A stretch of DNA of 61,999 nucleotides from a virus (taxonomy: Duplodnaviria; Caudoviricetes), in the IMG/VR virus record IMGVR_UViG_3300008448_000076, positions 1 to 61,999 of that record; one strand, 5' to 3'. Shown here in pieces: positions 50,301-60,236 of this stretch; position 1 is the stretch's first letter; each line of letters opens with the position of its first letter. Made by a program: the position numbers and the translations under genes. The notes under the pieces were generated by a model, which worked only from the letters and a program-made list of their open reading frames with translations, searched no databases and was not told the DNA's origin.

Positions 50301-52737
50301 CTTGCGATGGCTCGACCCCGAAGAACTTCGAGATCTCGTAGTAGAGAGTACGGAGATTGTCGTAGAGTTTCTTGAACGCCGAGTCCAACTTGCTGTCTAC
50401 TTTACGAGCAGATCCAGCAACCCACTCAGCGCCCTTCTCTGCGATCCATTCGCTGAAGCCAAAGTAATACTCAGCATCTTTTGCTTTGGTAAGATCCCAG
50501 CCCGTACCACCGGCTTGAGTCGGATCTTTAAACCGCACTTCACCGTTCTTCACGACAAAGTGTTTCTTTAGATAAGCCGCAGGATTTTTCATCATGTCCT
50601 TAGACATGGTGCCCTGATTGATGGCGGATTGAATCTTTGTTTGAGCAATACGGCGTGATGCTGAAGGTACAGATTCTTTCACGTACTGCTGGATGATAGC
50701 GTTAAGCTGATCCTTCGGAAGATCTGTCAGCCACGTAAACTCCATGACGTGAAACATTTCATGGAACAGTGTACGTACAGCCTTCTCTGGACTTTTAAGT
50801 GCGCCAAGAGAGAAGTTCAACGCGAAGGTTTTCTTCCCAGCGTACTGCGTAGGATGCATGTATCCATAGCTGTCAGGATCTTCTTTCGCAGAGACCATAA
50901 AAGTCAGTCCCGGGAACAGTCTTTCCTGCACCGTGCGAAGAACATCAGAGAACCCGGGGAAAGCAGTTTCGATTTTCTGCTTTGCGTTACCGACGTAGTT
51001 TGTCTTTGTGTCAGCGATGATCTTGTCCAGCTTCGCCCGTTGCTGGGGATCTGTAGTGTTGACATCGATACCGGCAATCTTGTTTATCTCAAGTTTGGCG
51101 GGGAATGTTGCAACAGTTGCTCTGCCAGACACATCCGGAGCAATGATGCGCTCAGTAGCGCCACGCTTTGTTTGACCAACATCTTCCTTTACTCGGGCAA
51201 GATACTCGTCAACCTTTGTCTCGACCTCTTTGCTCTTCGCATCAATCTCGTCTTGTGCCATGCCAAGACCCTGCGTCAGATACTCCTTCGCAAGATTAAC
51301 ATCTTCAGGGTTTGCGTTTTTGGCAATCGCATACAAAGCCTTATCAACCATGTTTGCGAATGTCGCCGGTGCCTTTAATCCTTCGCGGTAATCGTAGTCT
51401 TGAGCGGTCTGCAGGAGACCTTGTTCTTCCTGCGGATCGGCAACCTTAAAGATTGTGGCGGCCTGATCTGTTTTAAGATTGACCGTGTCAGGGACATCAA
51501 CAAAGCGGATTGTCTGTGCGCCAGCCTGTGCAAGAGCAGCAGGATCCTTATTGTACGTGAATGTTCCATCCGCTTCTGCTGTAGACGGATCATAGAACAG
51601 GCGCATTTTTCCGGTCTCTACCTTCGGTGGCAGAGTGCCCTGTGCCTCAGTAACCTGAGTTTGAATTGGCGTTTCATTAAACGCCTGAAGTCTTTCGCGA
51701 TTGGCTTTGACCCAATCGTTCTCTGCCAAAGGTTCATCCGACGTGATCGGCGGAACAACAGGCGGTGTGCCCGGCTGCACGGGAGGTGTGCCCGGCTGTG
51801 TCGGCGGAGTTCCGGGTTGTGTCGGAGGTGTGCCCGGTTGCGGGGTAGGGGTTGTCGGTGTCGTCGGAGCAGGAGGAGTTTCTTGCTGCTTGTTTGTTGC
51901 ACCGCCAACAGCACCAAAGCCTGCGCCAAGAATACCACCGGCAACGGCTGCCTCAAGAAGTTCAGAGCGAACTTCAGGCGAAAACTCAAGAAGCTTTTCA
52001 GGATCTGCTTGCGCAATCTCGAGTGCCTGCTGCGCACTTTCAGTCAACGCTTCTGTTCTGCCGCCGCGGAGACCTTGAGTCACCGTGCGTTTAAGCAATG
52101 AGCCTGTCGTAGCACGGCCAAGACCCGGGATATAACGAGTGATGATTGCATCAAGAGCGGCCTGTGGAACAGCAACAGCCGTAGCCTTTGTCAGGCTGGC
52201 GCTCTCAAGAGTTTCACCTTCTTGGATCTGCCGCTCAATATTTGAACCTGCGAATGTTGGAACACCCGCTACTGTGGCACCAACACCTGCGCCAACAGGA
52301 CCGCCGACAATACCGCCGACGATTGCACCGGCAACAGGGGCAGCCATGTACGGAATACTTTCGGCAGCCTTCTCGTAGGCATAACGAGCAGCACTCGAAG
52401 GACCGGTAATATCTGTGAACGACGGAACTTCAGGCTTGTAGCGTTGAGCAATGTCTTCTTGGCGAGCCTGTGCTGCAGCAAGTTGTTCTTTTGCAGCGTC
52501 CTCAAAACCAAGACGCTCAAGACCTGCGGCACCGAGAGTTTGCAGAGACGACTTGAGACCGGCAACGCCAGTCTCAAAAGGAGTTGCCCTTTCACCTTTG
52601 CCAAAAAGGCGGAGCATGTAGTCAAACCTGTCCTGATCCTTACCGAACTTTTTATACAAGGCTTCGGCCAAGGCATCGTCGGATACGCTGTCGTATTCCG
52701 GATATGCCTCACGGATCGTTTGGAATGGGGTAGCCAT
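47341..52737 (-). CDS. Large polyvalent (ejected) protein with zincin and LPD38-like C-terminal domain
   Basis: 1798 aa; N-terminal hydrophobic GxxxG helices; QPGTPP repeats; LFHEMFH...SEWIAE; IPFLNARVQG...P.AFEIG...NKD.FT. Confidence 0.75.
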   Translation of the reverse strand: MATPFQTIREAYPEYDSVSDDALAEALYKKFGKDQDRFDYMLRLFGKGERATPFETGVAGLKSSLQTLGAAGLERLGFEDAAKEQLAAAQARQEDIAQRYKPEVPSFTDITGPSSAARYAYEKAAESIPYMAAPVAGAIVGGIVGGPVGAGVGATVAGVPTFAGSNIERQIQEGETLESASLTKATAVAVPQAALDAIITRYIPGLGRATTGSLLKRTVTQGLRGGRTEALTESAQQALEIAQADPEKLLEFSPEVRSELLEAAVAGGILGAGFGAVGGATNKQQETPPAPTTPTTPTPQPGTPPTQPGTPPTQPGTPPVQPGTPPVVPPITSDEPLAENDWVKANRERLQAFNETPIQTQVTEAQGTLPPKVETGKMRLFYDPSTAEADGTFTYNKDPAALAQAGAQTIRFVDVPDTVNLKTDQAATIFKVADPQEEQGLLQTAQDYDYREGLKAPATFANMVDKALYAIAKNANPEDVNLAKEYLTQGLGMAQDEIDAKSKEVETKVDEYLARVKEDVGQTKRGATERIIAPDVSGRATVATFPAKLEINKIAGIDVNTTDPQQRAKLDKIIADTKTNYVGNAKQKIETAFPGFSDVLRTVQERLFPGLTFMVSAKEDPDSYGYMHPTQYAGKKTFALNFSLGALKSPEKAVRTLFHEMFHVMEFTWLTDLPKDQLNAIIQQYVKESVPSASRRIAQTKIQSAINQGTMSKDMMKNPAAYLKKHFVVKNGEVRFKDPTQAGGTGWDLTKAKDAEYYFGFSEWIAEKGAEWVAGSARKVDSKLDSAFKKLYDNLRTLYYEISKFFGVEPSQGAFEQLLSEMWGNVEATPEKNITRRYANVFDAQKEATAAGVPLKGVTYGATPSAKAKAKAAAKAGKRTPLSSAVDTAQEATTPEGAIVTRVEPGYTSTGDRLVSEAHPLTEADVKDLGVNPALIGNDVPVEIQQLGQFTTATKQKGVWGRLFDAITGREEGESHAQAIFRNSVASAIPFMNRAGFEGVGQTLERMQNVQGRVAGLLNSGFLVYDKKTGDMRFDNTNGGLIKIFDRIGTRDENAFQQYAIARRELDLRRKAGYSGFGYKNPVTGKPFTDAELEEIVRSAPAHFKEVADEFQAFNKGMVQFAINSGLIPQELGERFMSMFYTPFYRAQEKGDPNGTLHPAITKALDNPRNITAFNQAVSAGGAIEQGFYDNTLRNYSSIVAAGLKNIAYNKVAEAAIAYGDPSIAQKVGKPGADGVITYRVNGGDQFLKINDVPMFQALSAMSPKQLGAAVEAASKVANVLRTGVTIAPPFQIANLWRGIIDTYVKTGMPITDLIAGTFRNFREVYRKGPSYQAILAATGFGGYGYGAGFRDQAEFMRRAYTSADISKPWGLAMKALDKLEHIGEATEMASRVTYFDYLVKKKGMDPTTAAYEAVNLTNFNRSGAGGGVAGNILMHLIPMIPFLNARVQGLYRLIERGTAGAPESWLAKGTIGIPKALVIRGLQLTAIELALNMIYGDDDWYKKLSVEDKIANNYFRVGDTVIAAPRAFEIGSVFGAIPALMMDSIREKEGAQFTDGLLQIMSSTFLFNPIPQAVKPIAEVVVNKDMFTWQDIETIADKRRPQEERADENTTEIAKALANYVVPVISPKQADVLLRGYFGTMGSVFASMVDGIFSGAGTRPSGYFGDPTSLVGIGANATGLSRFVKDPELMRNRFVKDFYDMKSSVTQVVTSIDDAGVTNNFEILKEKLKDDPAAEAVYKVLNKAENQITEINKQMKSIRLDPNLSGDEKSKRLTALRNVKNQTAEQAFKFGRQYGYE
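51755..51845 (-). repeat. Degenerate 21-nt coding tandem repeat (QPGTPP[T/V], four units)
   Basis: Visible in both protein and DNA. Confidence 0.8.
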
Positions 52738-52752
52738 ATGTACTTACTCCGC

Positions 52753-54300
52753 TTACTCGCCAAACAAAGATAGCGGGTCAGATGATCCAGAGCCAGAGCC
52801 TAATGTGTAATCGTTAAAGAAAACCCGGGTAAACTGATCTTCCAGTTTTCTCTTATAGGCCATCCTCTCTTCAGGAAGAGCCATGCTTCCTTCTTGAGTT
52901 TCAAGCCACTTTGCGTAGGCCTTCTCGGCCTCAATTGCACCCTTCTGCTTTGCGGCAGAAAGAGACTGAGCAAGACGTGCCTTACGTTGTTCGTCGGCAT
53001 CCTTCAATTTGCTTTCCATGATGCCGTAGTACTTTTCCTTCGCAGCCAACTCACGCTCTGCAAGATCAGATGTGCGGCGATCTTTTTGCAGTGCGCTGAA
53101 TGCCTGAAGACCGGAGATGCCACCGGCAGCAATGTTCTTCAAAGCGTTGGGGCTTTCACCGGCAGCCATCGCAAGACCTGCCTGCAAGAGAGCCATGTTA
53201 ATGTCGTCTTGGCGATCTGTCTCACGCTGACGCTTGATGTCATTCAATGTTGTAGCAATTCCCTTCGGAGCAGCAGCGTCTGCGGTAGGGGTTTTCGGAG
53301 CAGCCTGAGATTTTGCAGGTGCCTCATAGACATCGCGGGCAGCAGCACGAGCACGAGCAAATCCTGCCAGTGAACCAATGCCTTCTTGAGCAGAGGCAGT
53401 GAATTGAGGCTCACTTGATTTTTCTTCAATAGCTTTTAACGCAGCCTTTTGTTCTTCCTGTTGACGGGCCCGTTCCTCCGCTGGAATCTCAGTGAAGATA
53501 CTTGCTACAGGGTTTTCCTTGATCGCCTTACTACGTTCCTCTTCCTCTTTGAAAAACTGTTCACGTTCTTGCTTACCACGAGCGTAATCGCGAGCTTGAT
53601 CGCGGCGAAGCTTAAGATCCGCAGCAATTTCTTCTTTGCTCGGCTCGACCCGAAATGGATTTAAGGATTGAAGGCCACGACCAATAGGTGTTTTAGCAGT
53701 AGACTCTTTGTATCTACCTGATTCAGTCAAGAAAATTGTTTCTGCCAACCGTTCAAGTTCAGCATCTGACATTGTTTCAATCGGCGGCATTTCCTCATAC
53801 GGAGAACGTTCCCGGGCAGGGCTTAGGTCACGCGCTGTCGGACCATAATCAATTGCCGATGTTCCTGTGCCGCCGATGCGGAGGCCAATGTCAGGCATTG
53901 TGTAGATAGCGTTTTCACCCGCCGCAATTGTAGGACGAACAGGAGTAACACCTTGTGGTCCAGTGCCTTCTGCAAAGCGTTGCACATACCCACCGTCAGC
54001 CATGCCAACAGGACGGAAACCCATGGCCTGCATCTGAGCCATCTGCTGCTGAGTGTTTGGCTGCGGCGCTTGCGGCTGCCCTGTTGCAACGGGACGGAAC
54101 ACGCCCGGGCGGCTTTGCTCAGACAATGTCTTGTAGTTTTCCGGGTTCTGCCGTTCCTTCGCAGCAGCCAGCATTTCCATTGCTTGCTTCTTACGGCGCT
54201 CGTAATCCGATTCACCTTTTACAAGCGAGACAACGCCTTCCGATGGAGGCGCTGCTTCAACCTTACGAAACATATCACGGTCAAGAACGGGATCACGCAT
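52753..54300 (-). CDS. Putative ejection/internal virion protein
   Basis: Helical; ALLQAGLAMAAG segment; MADGG motif; lies between tail genes and the polyvalent gene. Confidence 0.6.
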   Translation of the reverse strand: MRDPVLDRDMFRKVEAAPPSEGVVSLVKGESDYERRKKQAMEMLAAAKERQNPENYKTLSEQSRPGVFRPVATGQPQAPQPNTQQQMAQMQAMGFRPVGMADGGYVQRFAEGTGPQGVTPVRPTIAAGENAIYTMPDIGLRIGGTGTSAIDYGPTARDLSPARERSPYEEMPPIETMSDAELERLAETIFLTESGRYKESTAKTPIGRGLQSLNPFRVEPSKEEIAADLKLRRDQARDYARGKQEREQFFKEEEERSKAIKENPVASIFTEIPAEERARQQEEQKAALKAIEEKSSEPQFTASAQEGIGSLAGFARARAAARDVYEAPAKSQAAPKTPTADAAAPKGIATTLNDIKRQRETDRQDDINMALLQAGLAMAAGESPNALKNIAAGGISGLQAFSALQKDRRTSDLAERELAAKEKYYGIMESKLKDADEQRKARLAQSLSAAKQKGAIEAEKAYAKWLETQEGSMALPEERMAYKRKLEDQFTRVFFNDYTLGSGSGSSDPLSLFGE

Positions 54301-54309
54301 TGCGAAACC

Positions 54310-55242
54310 TTACTTATTAAACATGTTGTACGCGCCAAGACCTGCAAGACCAACGCCTGCAATCTGCGAGAACGGCGACGGAGATGGGGCAGATGTCTGT
54401 GTCGTCGTACTCTGGCCCGATGGAGTACGGTTAAGAATATCACCGTAATAAGACAGACGCTGATAAGGCTCTTGGTTGTAGAGCATCTGGTTCATGCGCT
54501 GCGCTTCCAACTCACGCTGGTTCTGCTGCTGCACGTTCTGACCGAGGTTATACTGGAACGAGGCTTCGCCTTGTCCAAGGGCAGAGGTCATCTGACCGAG
54601 GTTGGCGTATTGCTGTCCGAGGCCAGCGATCCCCTGACCAGCGTTCATTGCCATTGCACCAGCATTCTGCATACGAGCCTGCTGGTTTTGGAATGCTGAC
54701 ATTGCAGCCTGCTGCGCCTGCGAATAGTTCTGTGCGTAGTCTTGGAAGATCCGTTGAGATTGGACATCTGCCAGATTACGACCGAGTTCTGCCTGTTGAA
54801 CACCGTAGCGTGAACCGCCGAAGGCTCCGCCACGAACAGCCTGAGCTGCAACGCCCTGCCGCTGAATAGCAGCCTGACGGTTCATTTCTTCAAGAGCCTT
54901 CTGGGTAACGGCTTCTTGGTACGGGTTCATATATGAGCCAGCAGAGTACGGGTTGTACTCACTAGCACCCATCATGCCGAGACCGGCACCTGTTTGATAA
55001 GCACCTGCCGCCTGACCATATGCGCCACCTGCCTGTTGCAAATAAGGTTGGTATGCACCGATGCCCTGCCGGGCAAGTTGAAGAGCAGTAACTTGCTCGG
55101 GAGCAAAACCTGCAACCTGATACTCGGCTACCGGGACAGCTGTTTTGGTTACGTCACGAACATCTTCGATGAGACCTTTTCGATAGGCCTCCATCCATTC
55201 TGGTTCGCGAACAATCTGTTCCTGTGTCGTAACTTCAGCCAT
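54310..55242 (-). CDS. Putative ejection (pilot-like) protein
   Basis: Gln/Ala/Gly-rich; YMNPY...GAFGGSR; C-terminal GxG hydrophobic helix. Confidence 0.65.
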   Translation of the reverse strand: MAEVTTQEQIVREPEWMEAYRKGLIEDVRDVTKTAVPVAEYQVAGFAPEQVTALQLARQGIGAYQPYLQQAGGAYGQAAGAYQTGAGLGMMGASEYNPYSAGSYMNPYQEAVTQKALEEMNRQAAIQRQGVAAQAVRGGAFGGSRYGVQQAELGRNLADVQSQRIFQDYAQNYSQAQQAAMSAFQNQQARMQNAGAMAMNAGQGIAGLGQQYANLGQMTSALGQGEASFQYNLGQNVQQQNQRELEAQRMNQMLYNQEPYQRLSYYGDILNRTPSGQSTTTQTSAPSPSPFSQIAGVGLAGLGAYNMFNK

Positions 55243-55244
55243 TG

Positions 55245-56618
55245 TCAGGCCCTCTTCTCAAATTTATGCATCATGTCGTACATGCGTTTGGCACCCTTCA
55301 TTCGGCTGCCACCACCTGCACCACGAACAGCCTTTGCAGTCATCACAAATTCACCGTCAGAAAGACGGGCTGGAATGCTGTCGCTTGTCCCTGTGCCCGG
55401 CCCGCTCAAATGACCGCCACGGCGAGCATCGATCTCACCGCCCTGTGCAGCATATGCCGGAGAATAGGTCGGGACAACGTTAACCTTTGGTGCCTGATAG
55501 ACTTGGAATGTTCCGGGGGCGAAACGTATGCCCTCAACATTCCGCTCTTCTATCTTGGCCTGCTTTTCTTCCGGCGTCATGGCCGACGCCAGAGCAAGGC
55601 CAGCAAGGCCTGCGCCGCCGACAGCGTACATTGGGTTCTTGGCAATCCAATCCTTTGCGGCTTGGAACATACCCGGGGATGACGGGGCCGCGGCAGTTCC
55701 GGCAGCAGCGGCTGGCGCTGTCCCAGAAGCCGCAACAGAACTTGGGATGTCGCTGAAGTAAGATCCAGACGGGGTAACTGCGGGAGCACCTGCCGCTGGG
55801 GTTGCGAACATCGCCTGCATGCCGGTAGGCAATCCGCCAATAACCCCCTGCATAAAGCCTTTATTTTGTAGCCAGCTTTGAGCGCCACTGAACAAGGCAC
55901 CGCCAGCACCGCCGACGAGGCCTGCAGTCAAAGCTTGGGCAGGACTTGCACCGTTAATCAGGGCTGCAACTCCAGACCCAACGGCACCGCCAATGATTGG
56001 GCCAAATGGAATACTCAAAGCAATAGGGAGAACAACGCCCGCAGCCTTTTTCAAAAAGCCGCCGATGCTTTTAAAGATACCGCCGAGGAAGTATTCTTTG
56101 AGGCCAGTTTCTGGGTTTGTGGTACCAGAGCCGCCCATCGAACGCAAAGTTTCTGCACTCTTCGGGCTGAGATGCGCCAGCATCGTGTCGCCTTTACGCC
56201 CTGCCTTTGCAAGACGCTTGGCTTTACGGTTCAAAGAAGCAATGCCGCCGCGAGCAAATTGCTGCGGGGCACCGCCGGACATAGCATCATCAACCATGCT
56301 GGACAGGATGCTAAAAAATACGGGGTCATAATCAGGGGGCAAATCACCCGGCTCAACCAAGCCCTGACGAATGACGGCCTGAACGGCTGCGTCATACTGG
56401 TCACTACGGCGATTCAAGAAGTCAATGACCTGTTTCAGGGCGGTCAGTTCTTCTTGGCTCATTTCCCGGAGATCATCAGCAAGTTCACGAAGAGACTCAA
56501 TCTCTTCCTCGGAAAGGTTATTAAACGCCTGTCCGAGCTGTTGAACAGCTTCTTGTGGATACTGAGAGGCGGGATCTTCCCGACCAGAAGCCTGAAGTGA
56601 TTCTATGCCTTGCACCAT
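55245..56618 (-). CDS. Putative ejection protein with TM-like GxxxG segments
   Basis: FARGG, GRKGDT.LAH domain, GPGTGTSDSIPARLSDGEFV. Confidence 0.65.
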   Translation of the reverse strand: MVQGIESLQASGREDPASQYPQEAVQQLGQAFNNLSEEEIESLRELADDLREMSQEELTALKQVIDFLNRRSDQYDAAVQAVIRQGLVEPGDLPPDYDPVFFSILSSMVDDAMSGGAPQQFARGGIASLNRKAKRLAKAGRKGDTMLAHLSPKSAETLRSMGGSGTTNPETGLKEYFLGGIFKSIGGFLKKAAGVVLPIALSIPFGPIIGGAVGSGVAALINGASPAQALTAGLVGGAGGALFSGAQSWLQNKGFMQGVIGGLPTGMQAMFATPAAGAPAVTPSGSYFSDIPSSVAASGTAPAAAAGTAAAPSSPGMFQAAKDWIAKNPMYAVGGAGLAGLALASAMTPEEKQAKIEERNVEGIRFAPGTFQVYQAPKVNVVPTYSPAYAAQGGEIDARRGGHLSGPGTGTSDSIPARLSDGEFVMTAKAVRGAGGGSRMKGAKRMYDMMHKFEKRA

Positions 56619-56679
56619 GGATATACCCTTGGATGTTAATCTTTATGCAGGGGGCCAAACCTGTAGCAAAGGCTCCTGC

Positions 56680-56708
56680 AAGATACCGTTTTACCTACAA
56701 AATTACAA
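56680..56708 (-). promoter_or_regulatory. Possible promoter for the ejection-protein genes
   Basis: TTGTAA-17 nt-TATCTT on the minus strand in a 93-nt gap. Confidence 0.4.
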
Positions 56709-56711
56709 GTC

Positions 56712-57008
56712 TTAGACCGTTGTTACCGTGACCGACCCCACAGATCCGGAAGCAGATACTCCGCTCAAGTACGGAGCATTAAGAAGAGACACCCTTAAAA
56801 CCCCGCCTACAACAAAGATCGTGCCCGGCTCAAGACCGTAATCAGCCGTCGCAAGATTGGTCAGAACTATTGTCGTATTACGACCTTCGCCCGGAGCCCT
56901 TAACAGAGTCATGAGCTGATCGAGTTTACGTGTTAGATCGTCAAAGTACGCTCGACTATACTCGTTAGGAGCATTACCAAAAACAGGTAGATTAAGCCTG
57001 CGGTCCAT
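56712..57008 (-). CDS. Small tail-associated protein
   Basis: Coupled to the nozzle gene. Confidence 0.65.
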   Translation of the reverse strand: MDRRLNLPVFGNAPNEYSRAYFDDLTRKLDQLMTLLRAPGEGRNTTIVLTNLATADYGLEPGTIFVVGGVLRVSLLNAPYLSGVSASGSVGSVTVTTV

Positions 57009-58876
57009 TATCGCTTCCCGTCCGGCTGAATCTCAATGCGTGGTGTGCCGAGCGTCCAGAACGTACCTTCTGTATTGCTACTGATTTTAAACGACAGCTG
57101 CCTACCGCGAAGACGAACAAAAGCCTGATCTGTAAACTGCTCAATCGGAATTGTTGCAGTCTGAGAGATCGCAGAGTTTGTGGTGTCCTGATAGTTTGCG
57201 CCCGGGAAATTCTGGGTCTTGAGTGTCATCGTGACATGAGGTGCCGCAGACGTTGAATCATAGAACCCGATGTCAGGTATGATGCGCTTGATAAAGGCAA
57301 AGCGGTCACCGCTCTCGATTTCAATCGGAGAGCTTTCAATGTGCGTAAGAAGCGGGGAGGGCGGGTTTGTGCTTCCGTCATCAAGACCAATTTCATGGTT
57401 GTACAAATAACTGTCAGCACTTGCAGCAATTGGGTACGGCTCAGATCCGCTATCCACCCAAGCAGTTCGTGACAAGGTGCCGTATGTCCATGCCTTCTCA
57501 GCGTAGTTATATGTGACATAAACATCGTTTTCAAAAGAATTGGCAGACGGATAGAACCAAGTCACCTCATTAAACTTGCTGTTCACTGCCGCATGTAACT
57601 TGTCGGACTGTTCATAATTAAAGTTATTGAACACGTACTTGCTTACGGGACACGGCAACTCGCTTGTTCTGCCGTCATACACGTAGAACTTTCCATTGCC
57701 CATCCAGAAGACAACATCATCGACGTTTGCAAAGGAGTTGAAGCCCAGAACCGTTGTGTTTGAGGCAAGCTGGTTAATGCCGTAGGTATAGGGAGGGCCC
57801 AAATACTGCATCGAGTACATAGCCACGTCTGTCCAAATCAGGATCTCACGTTTTGTTTCCACGGCATGGACAATTTTTGTACCGGCACCGAGACGCAGAT
57901 CACCCGCAGTGTTTGTGGCTGACGGGGACCAAACAGTATAGTCTTCCTGAGTGCTCCACTTGACCAGAAGCGGATCTTGGGCACTGTTGATTGTCCCGTC
58001 ATTGTTATAATAATTGTTGCCGCCGAACACGATAACGTGACGATCTTGATCAGATGTTCGAACAAGAGTTGCGACTGTCGGACAGGCTGGATCGGTTGAC
58101 AGAGAGTCAAGATCAACGCCTCTCGCTCCACCGCCATAAGTCGGAGACCAGTAGTAGATACCGCCGTTTCTTACGTTGAATATAAGGTCCTGACCAAAGT
58201 TGTCCGAAGACCAAAGTCGCAATGAGTTACCGGTACTGACTGTTCTGGCTGTACCCCATGTGCCTGCGCCCCATGTGCCTGCGCCCCAACCGACACCACC
58301 AACCTGCGTATCAAGACCAATGTTGATTTGATAAGCAGCTGTCACGGTTCCGCCACCTCCGGTGTCAGAGGAGTTTGCTGTTACGGAGAGAGTGATTGTG
58401 TAGCTATCTGCATCAATAACGGAGCTGATCTGGTACTCTTTGTTTAAAACCGCAGCAGTAACATTTCCCCCGAGAGAGGTCGCTCCTGAAAAAGTTACAA
58501 AGTCCCCGTCAACACAACCATGATTAACGTCCGTTACAACCAGATCAGAACTTCCATCTGTGGCTGAGAATGGGTCAGTCAATGTCGCTGTTTCACGTAA
58601 AGGTGTAATGTCTACGAGAGACCCGCCATCTTCAAGATAGTACTTGGTGGTTGTCCCGATCCCGATATACTCTTTCCCGTCAAGACCAATCCACGTAATC
58701 AGATCACGGCATGTCCCGTTAAATTGTGAATCAAGAAACTTTTGCCATCCGCCAATTGGTTGAGGAAATCCGTTCTTGAAGCGAACAAGATTGCAGTCAT
58801 ACCACCCGCCAGAGCTTGTGTAGGCAGGGACATCTCGGATAATGCCGGGCCGAAACTGGAGTTTTTGAAGCGGCAC
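57008..58876 (-). CDS. Tail nozzle/stabilisation protein (P22 gp10/tubular B-like)
   Basis: 622 aa, beta-propeller-like; .KWS.QED...W, FNEV.WFY, R.RGRQ. Confidence 0.7.
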   Translation of the reverse strand: MPLQKLQFRPGIIRDVPAYTSSGGWYDCNLVRFKNGFPQPIGGWQKFLDSQFNGTCRDLITWIGLDGKEYIGIGTTTKYYLEDGGSLVDITPLRETATLTDPFSATDGSSDLVVTDVNHGCVDGDFVTFSGATSLGGNVTAAVLNKEYQISSVIDADSYTITLSVTANSSDTGGGGTVTAAYQINIGLDTQVGGVGWGAGTWGAGTWGTARTVSTGNSLRLWSSDNFGQDLIFNVRNGGIYYWSPTYGGGARGVDLDSLSTDPACPTVATLVRTSDQDRHVIVFGGNNYYNNDGTINSAQDPLLVKWSTQEDYTVWSPSATNTAGDLRLGAGTKIVHAVETKREILIWTDVAMYSMQYLGPPYTYGINQLASNTTVLGFNSFANVDDVVFWMGNGKFYVYDGRTSELPCPVSKYVFNNFNYEQSDKLHAAVNSKFNEVTWFYPSANSFENDVYVTYNYAEKAWTYGTLSRTAWVDSGSEPYPIAASADSYLYNHEIGLDDGSTNPPSPLLTHIESSPIEIESGDRFAFIKRIIPDIGFYDSTSAAPHVTMTLKTQNFPGANYQDTTNSAISQTATIPIEQFTDQAFVRLRGRQLSFKISSNTEGTFWTLGTPRIEIQPDGKR

Positions 58877-58891
58877 GTTACCTACTCGCTA

Positions 58892-60226
58892 TTAAGGAAT
58901 ACCAAACAAGGTTACTTGGATACCAGAACTTGTGGATCCCATAGAAAATTGTACAGCATCGATGACCCCAGTAATAACAGACTCTGTCCCAACTGTTGTA
59001 TAAACCCCATTTAAATCAAGGACGGCTGGAGTAATTGTTTTATTTCCAACGACGTTCGTACCAGAAATCGTTACAGATCCTGTGTATGGTTCATACGTTA
59101 CGTCTTGGTTGTTACTGATATTAATAGGCGAGCCGTAAGACGAGCCGTTGTCAGAACTCAAAGCAACACGAAGTCTTTGGTTTGTCCCTGTGTTGATACG
59201 AACACTTACAATAGCAAGAAGTGACGAAAAGCTCGGTATGTTAGTAAACGTCACGTTGCCGTTGTATGCAGCACCTATTCCAATAAGTACAGCGCGGGAA
59301 AGAGAAGAGCTGCTCCAAGTCGTGCCGTTTGAAGTCAAGACATTTCCGGAAGTTCCCGGTGCGACGACCTGCACAGCAGATGTGCCGTTCCCGAGAAGAA
59401 CATTGTTTGCTGTGAGTGATGTCGCTCCCGTGCCACCGTTTGCAACAGGCAGAGTTCCGGACACATCATCCGCAAGACGAACGGTCAGGGTATTGTTTGC
59501 ACCGTTGATCGTTTTGTTTGTCAGCGTGTCCGTTGTCGCACGGCCAACAAGTGTATCTGTCGATGTCGGAAGCGTGAGTGTTCCGGTGTTAGCAATCGTA
59601 GCGATGACAGGAGCAGTCAGTGTTTTGTTGGTCAGGGTCTGACTGTCGCTTGTTCCAACAACTGCGCCGGTCGGAATAGCCTTCTGAGAAGCCGCACCGT
59701 CGATGTTCCCGGAGCCATTCGAAAGAACAAAACTCGATGCAGCAATTCCGCTGATCGTATTGTTGTCTACGCTGATTGTTTTATTCGTAAGTGTTTGCGT
59801 CGCTGTTTCTGTCACGGGGGCATTAGCCACCTCGATGACATCTGTACCGTTATTGTAGACAACTGCCTTTTTGCCATTGGCAACTGTGACGCCTGTCTGG
59901 CCCGAGACCTTTACGGTAACAGAATACCCGCCAGTTGTGTTGTTGTAGATTATGTAAGGCTTTTGGATTGCTGGAACAATGAGGTTTCTGTTTGCAGAAA
60001 GAAGACCCGTCAACTCAAGCACGTAGTTACGTGCCGTGGAACTGACGCCATCAGCAATAGTCAATACGGTATCTGATCCGTCCGTAATGGTTTGGGTCGC
60101 ATACCCGACGACTGCCTGTTCCAACAAGGTTCCCAAATTGGTGTTGGTCTTGGTGCCCCATGTACCGGAGTTCTCACCCGTAGTCATGAGTTCCAGTTTT
60201 AAGTTGGTTGAATAGGTACTCGGCAT
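58892..60226 (-). CDS. Tail fibre-like protein
   Basis: GENSGTWG..TNTN N-terminus; repeated T[QD]TLTNKT; GTLPVANGGTG. Confidence 0.7.
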   Translation of the reverse strand: MPSTYSTNLKLELMTTGENSGTWGTKTNTNLGTLLEQAVVGYATQTITDGSDTVLTIADGVSSTARNYVLELTGLLSANRNLIVPAIQKPYIIYNNTTGGYSVTVKVSGQTGVTVANGKKAVVYNNGTDVIEVANAPVTETATQTLTNKTISVDNNTISGIAASSFVLSNGSGNIDGAASQKAIPTGAVVGTSDSQTLTNKTLTAPVIATIANTGTLTLPTSTDTLVGRATTDTLTNKTINGANNTLTVRLADDVSGTLPVANGGTGATSLTANNVLLGNGTSAVQVVAPGTSGNVLTSNGTTWSSSSLSRAVLIGIGAAYNGNVTFTNIPSFSSLLAIVSVRINTGTNQRLRVALSSDNGSSYGSPINISNNQDVTYEPYTGSVTISGTNVVGNKTITPAVLDLNGVYTTVGTESVITGVIDAVQFSMGSTSSGIQVTLFGIP

Positions 60227-60236
60227 GGGTAAACCT

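Noticed and set aside
47356-52101. Series of plus-strand ORFs opposite the polyvalent gene
   Set aside because: Antisense shadows with no recognisable motifs
58589-58604. Second parS-like sequence TGTTTCACGTAAAGGT
   Set aside because: Only one half-site matches, and it lies inside a coding region
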